Shown here: positions 11,136 through 24,691 of the stretch, piece by piece | Layout: every line of letters begins with the position of its first letter | Numbering within the stretch: the first letter of the stretch is position 1 | Source: Octopus sinensis | Lineage: Eukaryota | Reading direction: 5' to 3' | Assembly: GCF_006345805.1 (NCBI RefSeq) | Contig: NC_043010.1 | Location: 52,700,001-52,764,000, forward strand | Length of the DNA stretch: 64,000 bases | Program-made: the position numbers and the translations under genes | Notes under the pieces: generated by a model | What the model was told of the DNA's origin: nothing | Seen by the model: the letters and a program-made list of their open reading frames with translations, nothing else | Database searches by the model: none

Positions 11136-11820
11136 TATCTCTCACCAGATGGAGCAGTTTTTTGTTGATCTTACCATCATGGAACTGTACAGTATAAATT
11201 ATATATATATATATATGTATATCTTAGAAGGTTTGGAGGTGATGTACAGGTATTATATATTAGAAGAAATAAAATACTCAGAAATCTGGATGGTTTTATA
11301 TTTACAGGCTTTTGATAATATGTCACATGTTTTTATAAATCACATATTAGCGCTTGCATCTACTCTAGTAGAATCCCCAGATTATTTCGCTTGCCTATGA
11401 CTTACTCTCAGGTGTTTTTAACACTAGGTGCGTTGAGAAGATATTCTCTGATGCCTAAAAATGCAGCTGACTCACAAACTAACAACAACACGCACCTTAT
11501 GTATGTGTGTTCAATTCTGTATAAGTATTTAGAGCTGCTTCTAATTCATATATATATATACATGTATATATATATACATATATATGTATATATATATTCT
11601 TTTACTTGTTTCAGTCATTTGACTGCGGGCAATACTGGAGCACTGCCTTTAATCGAACCAATCGATCCCCAGGACTTATTCTTTGTAAGCCTAGAACTTA
11701 TTCTATCAGTCATTTCTGCTGAACCGCTAAGTTACGGGGACGTAAATACACCAACATCACTTGTCAAGTGATGGTTGGGGGACAAACTCAGACACACATA
11801 TACCTATCTATCTATCTATA

Positions 11821-11873
<53 letters not shown>

Positions 11874-12813
11874 CGGCAGGCTTCTTTTCAGTTTCCATCT
11901 ACCAAATTTACTCACAGGACTTTGGGCCACAGTCAAATGACTGAAACAAATAAAAGAATAAAAGAACATACATAAACATTTCAATTATGTCTTCAATATC
12001 CTTCCATAGTTAGGGCTGTATAAAGTGTAACATTCAAACTCATTTCACTATGCTAAAGACTAGCTAATGTCTTCAATGAGGTAGCCCTGCTCTCTACCTT
12101 TCAGATTACAATAATATGTTATTTTTACAATGACATTGTTGGGTAGGTGTGAGAGACAAAATCTGGCCAATTTGGACATAAAACAGGTAAAATATTTGGG
12201 CTGGATATGGCCAGTTTAAATATGAAAGAGTTAAGGTGTAAAAACACTTGGACATGTGTCAATATGTTGAAGTCTTTGATTATGTCATAGATAGTCTTCC
12301 ATAGTTAATCTTGTAGGTACAAACACATGGATGTTGTAACAAACAGAATGATAATTATAATTATATATAGATATAATTAGGATGATGAGTCTATGTTTAC
12401 CTTTCCCATCTGATTTTCTGAGTTTTCTGATTGAACTGGAATAGAAAATAAAATAAAAATATAAATACATAAAGAAATAAACAACAAATAAATGGTCAGT
12501 CTATATGTATATATATATTATATAATGTATAATATAAAAAAAAATGTTCCTTCTCGAGCCATGCCAGGCTCATAAGGGTCAGTTTCCTGGTTTCAGTGGC
12601 GTAGAAATTCCCCACCTGGATGGGACGCCAGTCCATCGCAGGATTACTCATTTTTGCCAGCTGAGCAGACTGGAACAATGTGAAATGAAGTGTTTTGCTC
12701 AAGAACAGGGGAAACTGAAAGAAGCCTGCCGTGTGTGTATATATATTGGTTGGTAAGCAAGCTACTTACCACACAGCCACTCCTACGCCTACAAACACAG
12801 CCACTCCTATGCC

Positions 12814-12845
<32 letters not shown>

Positions 12846-14360
12846 ATATATATATACAATGTGATTTAAATTTAAATAGCTAGATGCATAACCAGTTTTT
12901 AGAATTTTATGTGCATTCTACTACATGAAAGGAAGAAACTGCAAGCACTCATTTTACAGTCAAGTTTTCTTTCACATGTCTCCATAGCTAGGAACATTAT
13001 GGTGTACATTTATAAAAAATAAAACAGGCGGGTTTGTTCCTAAATTATTACGTTTCATAAACTTACACATATTTTGCTCCAGTAATAACATCTGTTACAT
13101 AAGGAAAAATCTTATATACAAATTACATTATCAAATCTTCAGAGATTGTGTAACACTTACAAATAATGTTTATATTGGAATTCACTAAAATTGCTATGGC
13201 ATCAACGCCTATAACAACTGTGTTAAAATGGATTGAAAAATTTTCTTAAATATCATTCGGAAAGGAAAGAGACTGATGTAAAAGGAGAAAGGTATATGTA
13301 TAAAAATTTTATGCCTCTAAAGTTGTTTCCACAGCGATAATAAATTTATTATTGATGAAGAAACAATGTACACCAGAACTCTGAAGATATTGCAGCCAAT
13401 GTATATGTTACAGAACAATGAGTATGCATCACAAATTCCCTTCAAGGATGCACCTTTTGTTAATGTAATGGGATCATATGGAGTTCAAACTAAATGGTTA
13501 CATGTCGTGTTTATAGGTATTTTATACCAAACAACAGGTGTGTGTGTTATTGTCATCTTTATCATTTAATGTCCATGTTCCATGCTAGAGTTGGATGGGT
13601 TGGCAGGATCTGATGGGTCTAAGGACTGTGCTGTGTCTGCTTTGGCATGGTTTCTGTGGTCGGATGGCCTTCATAATATCAACCACTTTATGGTATCTAC
13701 AGGGTGCCGTGTTTTTTTTTATGTCACCAGCACTGCCGAGGTTGCCATGCAGTTCACAAGACTATGAGCCCTAAGGGAGGTACGGCTGGCTTTATACAGG
13801 GAGATGAAGGGTTAAAGTATGGTAGAAGGTTGGGGGTAGACAGAGTAGGTTTCTGTAGAACTACATGGTTACTTACATTTAGCAGGAGAGAGAGAAATCG
13901 AGAGAGAGACTGAGAGAGAGAGAGATTGAGAGAGAGAGAGAGAATGATCAGTAAGAAATAGGGAATGAGGTGTCCAGGTGGCCCTTCAGATCAATAGGTA
14001 AGTACAAGTGGGCGGGTGGGGCAAATGCAATACTGTACAAAGGTGGGGTGGGGTCAGAAGACGGGGGGGGTGTGGGGGTAGGCCTGTAGCTGTAAAAGAA
14101 GTTGGGTATGGTTGAGAGGGTGATGACTGACAAGTCATGAGTTGGAGAAGGATGTGAGGATGCTGGCAGGGGCAGTGTTGTAATGTTGGGGTGAGTGGCA
14201 GGGTTGTAATGACACAGTTGACAGCCGGGGGGGGGGGACAAGGGAGATAACAAGGTGAGAACTTAATGACAAACTCAGCATATACTCATGTCAAAATAAA
14301 ACTTACACACACAGACACACAAACACAGATTAAGAAAATGAATAAGGAAGATTTTCTAAC

Positions 14361-14490
14361 CTTTTCTTTTGGCAGTTGTAGCGTGAGGCTTGGAATCTAG
14401 TGTATTTCTGTCTTCAACAGACCCACTGCGACCTCCAGAGGTCAAGGAATTGCTGCGGCGCTGAGCACGTGAGGGGCTTTCAGAAGCCTG
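14361..14490 (-). CDS. Myt1: 130-nt exon QASESPSRAQRRSNSLTSGGRSGSVEDRNTLDSKPHATTAKRK
   Basis: Strong acceptor tttttctttttgacAG (NAGNAG), donor AAG|GTtaga. Only one frame is open (phase 0 to phase 1) and it is compatible with the microexon. GC-richer than its flanks. Confidence 0.7.
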
Positions 14491-15123
14491 CTGTCAAAAA
14501 GAAAAACAAATGAATAACATATTAGTACAAATATTTAATTAATTCGTTAATTAATTATTTTCTTTCTCAACTTTTATATCAACTGTTTCTCCCAACTTGA
14601 CATGAACTGGATGAAACTTCTCAAGGCGCTTTTCTACAGCTAAGCAACCCTTTCTGATGCCAACCTTCATATATTTCTGAGTAAAATACTTTTATTCCTT
14701 ATCTTTGGACACTGAACTGCTGGGCTTCATATTTATGGAAAACAATGACCACAACAACAGCAACATTCATAATGCTATCTAAGCAGTATGAATACAAAAA
14801 CATATAAAGGAAAACAGACACATGCTCACACACATAGAGACATATACGCAAACAAATGTGTACAGAGGTATAAAGACATACATTCACACGCACACATTCA
14901 ATGGGCTTCATACATTAGGAAATATAGGTCAATCTGAACCTATAGTAGTATACATATGCCTGAGTACCACAGCATGATATTGAACCTGAAAATATTTTAA
15001 AGCCAAGCCTAATACATTGAATTCTCTAGTCAGCCAACACGCATTATTTTTATGCATATCAAAATAGTTATTGTTAACCTCACACAAAAGCTCACACACT
15101 CATATACACACATGTATACATAC

Positions 15124-15540
15124 TATCTATCTATCCGCTCAGTCGAAGTCGACTCTCGGTTACTCGTTGGATCAGTGTCCTCCAGTCAGTTCTATCCTGG
15201 GCTGCTTCTTTCAGATTGGCTATGTCCATTCCGGTATCACTCTTGATGGTGTCAAGCCAGCGGGTGCTTGGTCGACCTCTTCTTCTCTTGCCACTGACCA
15301 TTCCGAGCACGATATCCTTCTCCAGGGATTTTCTCGACATAATATGACCGAAATATGCCAATCTATGCTTGGTGGCCCTAGCTTCTAGCGACATTTTTGG
15401 CCTGATCTGCTGAAGAACTTCTCCATTGGTGAGCCTTGCAGTCCATGGAATCTGTAAAGGTTTTCTCCAACACTAAAGCTCGAATGCATTAATTCTCTTC
15501 TGGTCAACTTTCTATAGTGTCCAGGTCTTGCATCCTGATG
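15124..15540 (-). mobile_element. 3' fragment of an RTE/BovB-like LINE with (GATA)n tail
   Basis: Translates to ...RINAFEL*CWRKPLQIPWTARLTNGEVLQQIRPKMSLEARATKHRLAYFGHIMSRKSLEKDIVLGMVSGKRRRGRPSTRWLDTIK...DRTDWR; distinct from the 3005-3760 family. Confidence 0.9.
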
Positions 15541-18327
15541 TCTCTACTCTTCCAGACCCTGCTCATGCTGGCCATGTATACATAGATGCATTAAAATATA
15601 CATGTATACTTATATTATTGTTCTTAGCAACATATGTGATTCATCAGACCTCCTGGCCAATGATCAAAAAAGTTTTATAGAGTGTGCCTTTTTCCAGACT
15701 CATGAAAAAGGGACTATTGAAAAGGTTGCAAGACGCAACAAAAATTTAGGAAAATAAAAGTAAGAAATAAGTGGAAATATTACCGGTGAGTGTGTTACAT
15801 TATAAGGCACAAAAAGAAAATGACTCTCCCCAGACATAACAGTATATGCTTCAACACACAAACTCATATAAAGAATCTTGCAGACCAAATCCCAAAACGA
15901 AATGTATATATAAATATGATATATATTTGGCACCTGTGTCGGTGGCACATAAAATCACCCACTACACTCTCGGAGTGGTTGGCGTTAGGAAGGGCATCCA
16001 GCTGTAGAAACACTGCCAGATCTGACTGGCCTGGTGTAGCCTTCGGGCTTGCCAGACCCCAGTTGAACCGTCCAACCCATGCTAGCATGGAAAGCGGATG
16101 TTAAACAATGATGATGATGATGATATGTGTGTATAAAAATATTTATGGCTACTGACATTTTTTATGCATTCTAGCCACTGGTATAAATTATTATTTTTAA
16201 TAATTTTTACCTTCTATATGTGTGTGTGTGTGTGCATGTATATGTGTGTGTGTGTGTGTGTGTATGTTCTGTTACTAGTGAGATCAAGGAAAAAGAAATT
16301 TTATCCAGTGAGAGATAAGTACTGTTTAATATACACGTGATTCAAATTTGATCAGCCATGTTGTATATTTTAGTCTGCTTAGAAACATAGTACCTTTCAC
16401 AAACTTATCTGACAATTGTGCTTATATTATACAGCATGAAACTGATAGTAGCTCGAAATGTGTGCATGAGTGTGTTTGTGTGTGTTGGTGTTGATTTGTT
16501 TGCGTCACTTTAACTTAGCAGTTCAGGAATAGAAACCGATAGAATAAGCACCAGACGTAAAATACATAAGTACTGGAGTTGATTTCTTTGACTAAGATCC
16601 TTCAAGGTGTTGCTAAAGTATGGTTGCAGTCTAATGACTGAAATAAGTAAAAATTAATATATCTGTATGTGTGTGTGTGTATGTATATATATATATATTT
16701 ATATGTATATGTATATATATATATATACACATACACATATATATATATATACATATAAACACACATGTACACACATAACGATGATGATGATGATGATGAT
16801 ATATATGTGTGAGTGTATAGATGTATATATATATATATATATAAATAAATAGATAAGTATACACACACATCCATACACATATAGAAACATGTATATATAT
16901 TAATATATATATAAGGTGATAGGCTGGTGTGTGTGTATATATATATATATATATATCCATTCTTTTCCGACAAAATTATGGCTTTTTGCCCCTAAGTTAG
17001 AAATGTTAATCGATATTATAATTGATTATATTAACAAACAAAGCAAAACAAAGTTAAATGAATTATATGCCTTCCCACGTATATAATTTGTTTAAAGAAT
17101 CCGCATTAAGACAATAAGTACTGCTTTTGCCACTGATAACATCACTTCCACCCCCCTCACAGCTAAGACCACCACCACCACCACCACCACCACTGCCGCC
17201 GCCGCCATTTCCACCACCACCACCTTTGCCTTCCACCCCTATCACTATCCAATCATTACCATCATTGTCATCTACCTGCTCCATCCATTGGCAATCAGAG
17301 AGCTATTATGCAGTTACTTCACTTGCAAGAAATAGCAGTCGAAATACTGGTGAGAAGAAAAGAGAAAAATTCCGGGTTCAGTCCCACTGCGTGGCACCTT
17401 GGGCAAGTGTCTTCTACTATAGCCTCGGGCCGACCAAAGCCTTGTGAGTGGATTTGGTAGACGGAAACTGAAAGAAGCCCGTTGTATATATGTATATATA
17501 TATATATGAGTGTGTGTGTTTGTGTGTCTGTGTTTGTCCCCCTAGCATTGCTTGACAACCGATGCTGGTGTGTTTATGTTCCCGTTACTTAGTGGTTCAG
17601 CAAAAGAGACTGATAGAATAAGTACTGGGCTTACAAAAGAATAAGTCCCGGGGTTGAGTTGCTCGATTAAAGGCGGTGCTCCAGCATGGCCACAGTCAAA
17701 TGACTGAAACAAGTGAAAGAGTAAAAGAGAGTAAGGCAGTCACAGCTAGCCGAATGAGACTGAAATGAGCCTTTCATCATATGGTCTACAGGATTAGGAC
17801 TGACCTAGGGTTGAACAATGATAGAAGTAACCAACCACTACAATCACCTATTCCACCATGGCTATTACCACCACCACCACTGCCACTGCTGCCACCACTT
17901 CCACCATCACCATGACCACAAGGCCTTAGATGCTGCTGGTATCACCACCTCTGCTTCTCACACTTATTATCTTAAATCTTTTTGCTTGTTTCAGTTCTTG
18001 AACTGTGGCCATGCTGTGACACAGAAAGAAGGGTTTAGGCAAACAAAATTGATCCGAGTACTTGTTTTTATATTTCTTCAAGTCTGGTACTAATTGCATT
18101 AGTCTCTTTTATAGAACTGTTCAGTTATGGTAGTAAACAAACTAACACTGGACATCAAGCAGTGTGGGGTATTGGATACAAACACAAAGACACATGCACA
18201 CATGATGATAATGATGATGATGATACACACACACACACACACACACACACCATGTATATACTTCTGATTTTATCTAGTTTCAGCTCACGAGCTGTGGCCA
18301 TGCTGGGGCACCGCCATTTAGTGGGGA

Positions 18328-18447
18328 ATGCTTACAGCACCTAGGTTTCCCAAGCGGTCACCCATCTAAGTACTAACTAGGCTCGATGTTGCTTAACTTC
18401 GGTGATCGAACGAGAACTGGTGCTTTCAACGTGATATGGCCATAAGC
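18328..18447 (-). rRNA. Dispersed full-length 5S rRNA copy (probable pseudogene or SINE3 head)
   Basis: 120 nt GCTTATGGCCATATCACGTTGAAAGCACCAGTTCTCGTTCGATCACCGAAGTTAAGCAAC...GGGAAACCTAGGTGCTGTAAGC; terminal helix GCTTA/TAAGC; no T-run terminator immediately downstream. Confidence 0.9.
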
Positions 18448-18699
18448 CATATAAGGATAAAATTTCCGCAAAAAATAAATTTTATCAGTGGCCGGCATAT
18501 TAAAATACCTTTTAAGGTGAAAATTATAAACTTATAAATAAGAGCAAAAGAAAAAAATGTCTTTGCTAATATGCTGAAAAATAGACTCTAGATCATCTAA
18601 CCACATACAATATTTTTCACTATATATACACAGTATGCTGAAAGGAAGGAAGCAAGCTAACGAATTTTAAAAAAATAATTGCTTTTATATATATATATA

Positions 18700-19012
18700 T
18701 TGCCGGTGGCACGTAAAAAGCACCATCCGTTCGTGGCCGTTGCCAGCCTCGCCTGGCCCCCGTGCCGGTGGCACGTGAAAAGCACCATCCGACCGTGGCC
18801 GTTTGCCAGCCCCGTCTGGCACCTGTGCGGGTGGCACGTAAAAAGCACCCACTACACTCACGGAGTGGTTGGCGTTAGGAAGGACATCCAGCCGTAAAAA
18901 CACTGCCAGATCAGACTGGGCCTGATGCAGCCTTCTGGCTTCCCAGACCCCGGTTGAACCGTCCAACCCATGCTAGCATGGAAAGCAGACGCTAAATGAT
19001 GATGATGATGAT
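18700..19012 (+). mobile_element. RTE 3'UTR copy with three subrepeats and (GAT)n tail
   Basis: Three GTGCCGGTGGCACGTAAAAAGCACC-type units, then ggagtggttggcgttaggaaggacatccagc...gatgatgatgatgat. Confidence 0.85.
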
Positions 19013-20684
19013 ATATATACACACAGACACAAAAACACACACGCACACATACATATATATTCATATTAAGGACATTTATATATAGTAATGCCCTTAATAT
19101 AAATAAATATATTTAAAAGGAATAATTAATAAATTTTTTCCCTTATGAGGTTTTTAACACTAACTACTTGATAAATTCTTATAAAGATTTTATCCTATTT
19201 TTCAATACATACATATATATATATGAATGAAACTTTGTATGTGTGTTTATATATATATATCCCCCTTAAACACATCACCAGTGAACACAAACAAAACAAC
19301 CATTATTTAAAACCACACAATACTATTATCTCTCTCTCTCTCTCATTTTAATTATCAATATCACTGTTGATGTTTTAAGTTATCTTGGAAACTTCATCAG
19401 GTTTCTTCTGCAGCCAGTCATGTGACTGAGGTTGTAGTGATAACTACGGTGTAGTTGGATAGTGTAGAACAATGATGGTGATAGTGGTGATGGTGGTTGT
19501 GGTGATGGAGATTGTGGTGATGATGGTGGTTGTGTAATGTTTGGCTTTTAGCCCTAAATCAACTCTGATTGAAAAACCATTCCAGATGTGACCATCCTGT
19601 CGTTTTAGAAGTGCATTGAACTACATTATATGGACATATTAGGGTGTAGTTAAGAATCTTGATTTACAACATGGTTCTGGGTTCAATCCCACTGCGTTTC
19701 ACCTTGAGCAAGTGTCTTCTACTATAGGCCAACAAAAGCCATGTGAGTGAATTTAGTAGACAGGAAGCATCAAGCAAGGACACCCTAATGAATCCAGAGC
19801 AGATGAGGCTCTTAAACTGTATAGCTACTCATCTAAGAGAAGGTAACTCTGTACAGATCTTGCATCCTGATAACGAGTGGACTTATGGCACTTGTTGCAC
19901 CAGACTAATACAACTTTGAAGGATGCAAGGGACAAAATATACATACATACATCATAATTATCATCGTTTAACGTCCGTTTTCCGCGCTAGCACGGGTTGG
20001 ACGGTTCAGCTGGGGTCTGGGAAGCCAGGAGGCTGCACCAGGCTCCAGTCTGATCTGGCAGTGTTTCTACAGCTGGATGCCCTTCCTAACGCCAACCACT
20101 CCACGAGTGCAGTGGGTGCTTTTTACGTACCCCTGGCACAGGTGCCAGGGGAGTCTGGCAGTGGCCACGATTGGTTGGTGCTTTTAACGTGCCACCGGCA
20201 TGGAAGCCAGTCAAGGCGACGCTGGCATCGGCCACGCTTGGATGGTGCTTTTTACGTGCCACTGGCACAGAAGCCAGTCGAGGCAGCGCTAGCATCGGCC
20301 ACGTTCGGATGGTGCTTTTTATGTGCCACCAGCACATATATGTATCTTTTATTCTTTTCCTTGTTTCAGTTCAGTCATTTAACTGTGGCCATGCTGGAGC
20401 ACTGCTTCAAAGGGGTTTAGTCAAAGAAATCGATCCCAGGACTTAATCTATACAAACCATGCTTGGTATAATAATATTCATTGGGCAGGCTGTTCAGTAA
20501 GCCAAGAGACCAGCAGCAATACCAACACCATCACACTTTCATCACGAGTCCAGTGGTGATAGGGAAAAACATGACAGGGACAGGTGGAGGATGTTACTGG
20601 AAGTCTTCAGCTTTGACACTGCACACAGATGACCAAAGCAACAACAAAGTCTGTCATACATAAACACACACACACATGTATGTA

Positions 20685-20722
<38 letters not shown>

Positions 20723-21005
20723 CCAGAGTAGGCACATAAATGTGAAACAAGGTGGAAAAAATAGTACTCAAATACCAGAGGTAGAGTAATATGCTTTATC
20801 AATAAAGCTGCAAAGACATCACAAAAACGTTTACTCAGAGTTTAATGTTCCCACTTGTTGAACACAACCACAACTGTCTATAGCAGAAGGTGCCATGCAG
20901 TGGGACTGAACCTGGAACCATGTGTTTGAAAAGCAAGCTTCTCAGCACACAACCATTCCTACGCCTATATGTATTTATAAATGCACACATGCATTTATGC
21001 GCATG

Positions 21006-21067
<62 letters not shown>

Positions 21068-21135
21068 GAGGGAGAAAGAGAGAGAGAGAGAGAGATCATA
21101 TGAGCATATATACATGTATATATATATGTTTTATA

Positions 21136-21176
<41 letters not shown>

Positions 21177-21434
21177 GAGGGAGAAAGAGAGAGAGAGAGA
21201 GAGATCATATGAGCATATATACATGTATATATATATGTTTTATATATATATATATATATATAAATATAGACACACTCACATACATATATATATACATATA
21301 CACACACACACACACAGATGTATGTATGTATGTTGGTATGTATACATACATGCATATATGTATATTATACAGGAGGAAATGCACCTGATGTGAATGTGAG
21401 TGCATATATGTGCGTTTTCCCATGTGTGTGTGTT

Positions 21435-21490
<56 letters not shown>

Positions 21491-21716
21491 TGAGATAAAA
21501 CAAGTAAGAGCAAGTAATATATGCACTTGAATGTGTGTACAAGTATGCATATGCATACTAATTATCAATCGTCCGTATGCAATGCATTAACGAGATACCA
21601 TGTCTACATGCTCGTGTATGGTTGCATGATAGCATGTGTATATGATTGCAAATGCGTTTGTGAGTGTGCTTATGTGTGTGTATGTTTGCGTGGTGTACAT
21701 GCACTTGTGCATGTTG

Positions 21717-21753
<37 letters not shown>

Positions 21754-21879
21754 GTGTGTGTGTGTGTCCGTGAGTATGTTTGCGTATGTGTGTGTACATT
21801 CATTTGCCTGTGTGTGTTTGTGCATGTGTACATGTCTTATTCCTGTGCGTTTTGCATGTGTGTATGCTTGCTGGTGTGT

Positions 21880-22990
21880 GTGTATGTCTAATTACGTATC
21901 TGTGCGTGTTTGTCTGTATGTGTGTATGTCTGTGTGTATGTGTGTATGTGTGCATGCTTGTGTGTATGTTTGTGTGTATGTGTGTATGGTTGTGTGTTTG
22001 TGTGCATGTGTGTATGTTTGTGTGTATGTGTGTATGTTTGTGTGTATGTTTGTGTGTATGTTTGTGTGTATGTTTGTGTGTATGTTTGTGTGTATGTGTG
22101 TATGTTTGTGTGTATGTGTGTATGTTTGTGTGTATGTGTGTATGTTTGTGTGTGGTGTGTATGTTTGTGTGTATGTGTGTATGTTTGTGTGTATGTGTGT
22201 ATGTTTGTGTGTGTGTGTATGTTTTGTGTGTGTGTGTGTGTGTTTGTGTGTATGTGTATGTGTGTATCTTTGTGTGTATGTGTGTATGTATGTTTGTGTG
22301 TATGTGTGTATGTTTGTGTGTATGTGTGTATGTGTGTGTTTGTGTGTATGTGTGCATGTTTATGTGTATGTGTGCATGTTTGTGTGTATGTGTGCATGTT
22401 TGTGTGCATGTGTGCATGCTTGTGTGTATGTTTGTGTGTATGTGTATGTTTGTGTGTATGTGTGTATGTTTGTGTGTATGTGTGTAGTGTGTGTATGTTT
22501 GTGTGTATGTGTGTATGTGTGTGTTTGTGTGTATGTGTGCATGTTTATGTGTATGTGTGCATGTTTGTGTGTATGTGTGCATGCTTGTGTGTATGTTTGT
22601 GTGTATGTGTGTGTTTGTGTGTATGTGTGTATGTGTGTTTGTGTGTATGTGTGCATGTTTATGTGTATGTGTGTATGTTTGTGTGTATGTGTATGTTTTG
22701 TGTGCATGTTTGTGTGCATGTGTGCATGCTTGTGTGTATGTTTGTGTGTATGTGTATGTTTGTGTGTATGTGTGTATGTGTGTGTTTGTGTGTATGTGTG
22801 CATGTTTATGTGTATGTGTGCATGTTTGTGTGTATGTGTGCATGCTTGTGTGTATGTTTGTGTGTATGTGTGTGTTTGTGCATGTATATCTTTGTGTTTA
22901 TTTATGTATGTGTGTACGTGTTTGTACATGTATATGGTTGGTTTTGTTTGTGTGTATGTTTGAATGCATGTATATGTCAGTGAGCGTGCG
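21880..22990. repeat. Compound (TG)n/TATG/TTTG minisatellite
   Basis: Degenerate gtgtgtatgttt 12-mers with longer duplicated blocks; source of the spurious 480, 357 and 347 aa ORFs. Confidence 0.9.
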
Positions 22991-23023
22991 TGTGTGTGTA
23001 TGTGTTTGTGTGTGTGTCATGTA

Positions 23024-23062
<39 letters not shown>

Positions 23063-23616
23063 TTATCTTAGACTTGAGGAGCGCCACAGAAAATCTTACT
23101 AAACCTCACCGCCCCCCCCTCCGTAACTGTAACCGACGCCCACCTACAATCACGCCTGCTCCCCCCACCCCACGCCAAACCACCACCACCACCACCACCA
23201 CCACCACCTACTACATCCCCACCCCGAATGGAAACCCAACCCACCCTTTTCCCACCTTTTTTCACTGCAACCTTGGAAGATAGATCGGTGTGTCAAGATG
23301 CTGAAGGGAGTAGGAAGCGCGATAAATGTCTATGTGATAACAGATGAGAAGCAATTACCATGCGAATGCATACATGTGCATGTGTGCATGAATTTCTCTA
23401 AGTGTGTGTGTGTGTGTGTTTATGCATATGACTCCATGCATGTGTCTGTGTGCATTTCTGTCTGCACCCATGCGTCAGCATGATCGTTTGTTCGTCGTGT
23501 GCATGTTTCACTGTATGTGCATGTGTTAAATATGTGCATCTGTGCATGTGTTTGTAGGTATGTGAGAGAGAGAGTCTAAATGTAATCATGTCGTGTGTGT
23601 GTTAGTGTACGTTTTC

Positions 23617-23651
<35 letters not shown>

Positions 23652-23790
23652 TGTATATGTGTGCATATGTATATATAAATATGTGTGCATACAGTACAAA
23701 CGCATGGACTTCTATCATTAATAAATAAAGAAAAGGAAGATGGAAATGTCAAAGAGCATAAAAAAAGAGATAGCAGAGGTAAAATGAAAA

Positions 23791-23821
<31 letters not shown>

Positions 23822-23870
23822 GTTATTGTTATTGTTATTATTATTGTTATTATTGTTATTATTATTAAGG

Positions 23871-24085
23871 CGGTGAGCTGGCAGAGCTGTTAGCGCCCTG
23901 GACAAAGTGACATTTCACCTGTCTTTACATTCTGAGTTCAAATTCTGCTGAGGTCAACTTTGCCTATCATCCTTTGGGGGGGGGGGGGCGATAAATTAAG
24001 TACCAGTGAAACACTGGGGTCGATGTAATCAACTAGTCCTCTTTCCCAACGTTTCAGACTTTGTGCCTTTAGTAGAAGGAATTAT
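23871..24085 (+). mobile_element. tRNA-derived SINE family C with (ATT)n tail
   Basis: ggcggtgagctggcaga...ttctgagttcaaattc...ctttgcctttcatcctttcggggtcgataaattaagtaccag...gcctttagtagaaaggattattatt. Copies also start near 24130, 25481, 26140, 34200, 34460, 35555, 48356, 49169, 50627, 58385 (+), and at 8990-9215 and 61690-62105 (-). Confidence 0.85.
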
Positions 24086-24098
24086 TATCATCATCATC

Positions 24099-24129
<31 letters not shown>

Positions 24130-24354
24130 GGGCAACAAGCTGGCAGAATCGTTTGCATTCGGGATGAAATGCTTAGTCGTATTTTGCCCATTGCTATGTT
24201 CTGAGTTCAAATTCTACCCAGGCCAATTATGCCTTTCATCCTTTCGGGGTTGACAAATTAAGTACTAGTGAAACACTGGGGCTAATGTAATCAACTAGTC
24301 CCCTCCTTGCAAATTTCAGGCCTTATGCCTTTAGTAGAAAGGATTATTATTATT

Positions 24355-24691
24355 GTGAGGTATACTTGCCATCTCAATATGGCTAACCACTAAGCGTGGG
24401 TGTTACTGTAGCTTGTAGCCCCAGGAGAACATCGTCTCCAGCTGGTTTTAGGCACAATTTCTGTGCCTTTATGGTAATTGCAAAAGGAGGTCATCCTTCC
24501 CTCGTCAACCTAAGTGATACGCACGGATTGCAGTTTCTAGGTAGTGACCTGTCGTCGGCGTACGGCAATCAACATAAGGGCACAGAAAGTGTGCCTAAAG
24601 CCAGCTGGAGACAATGTTCTCCTTGGGCTACAAGCTACAGTAACACCCACCCTTAGTGGTTAGCCATATTGAGATGGCAAGTATACCTCAC
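24355..24691. mobile_element. MITE with about 120-bp near-perfect TIRs
   Basis: GTGAGGTATACTTGCCATCTCAATATGGCTAACCACTAAG... mirrored at the right end; flanked by ATT on both sides. Confidence 0.85.

Noticed and set aside
18700-18850. CRISPR-like repeat-spacer pattern (25-bp repeats with about 37-bp linkers)
   Set aside because: Eukaryotic DNA, the linkers are homologous to each other, there are no cas genes, and it is the RTE 3'UTR subrepeat.
21040-21260. About 110-bp tandem duplication between TA arrays
   Set aside because: Most simply slippage or an assembly duplication in microsatellite context.
21521-22983. Long ORFs of 480, 357, 347 and 235 aa
   Set aside because: They translate a TG/TATG minisatellite into C/V/M/Y or H/T runs; they have no stops only because of the repeat composition.
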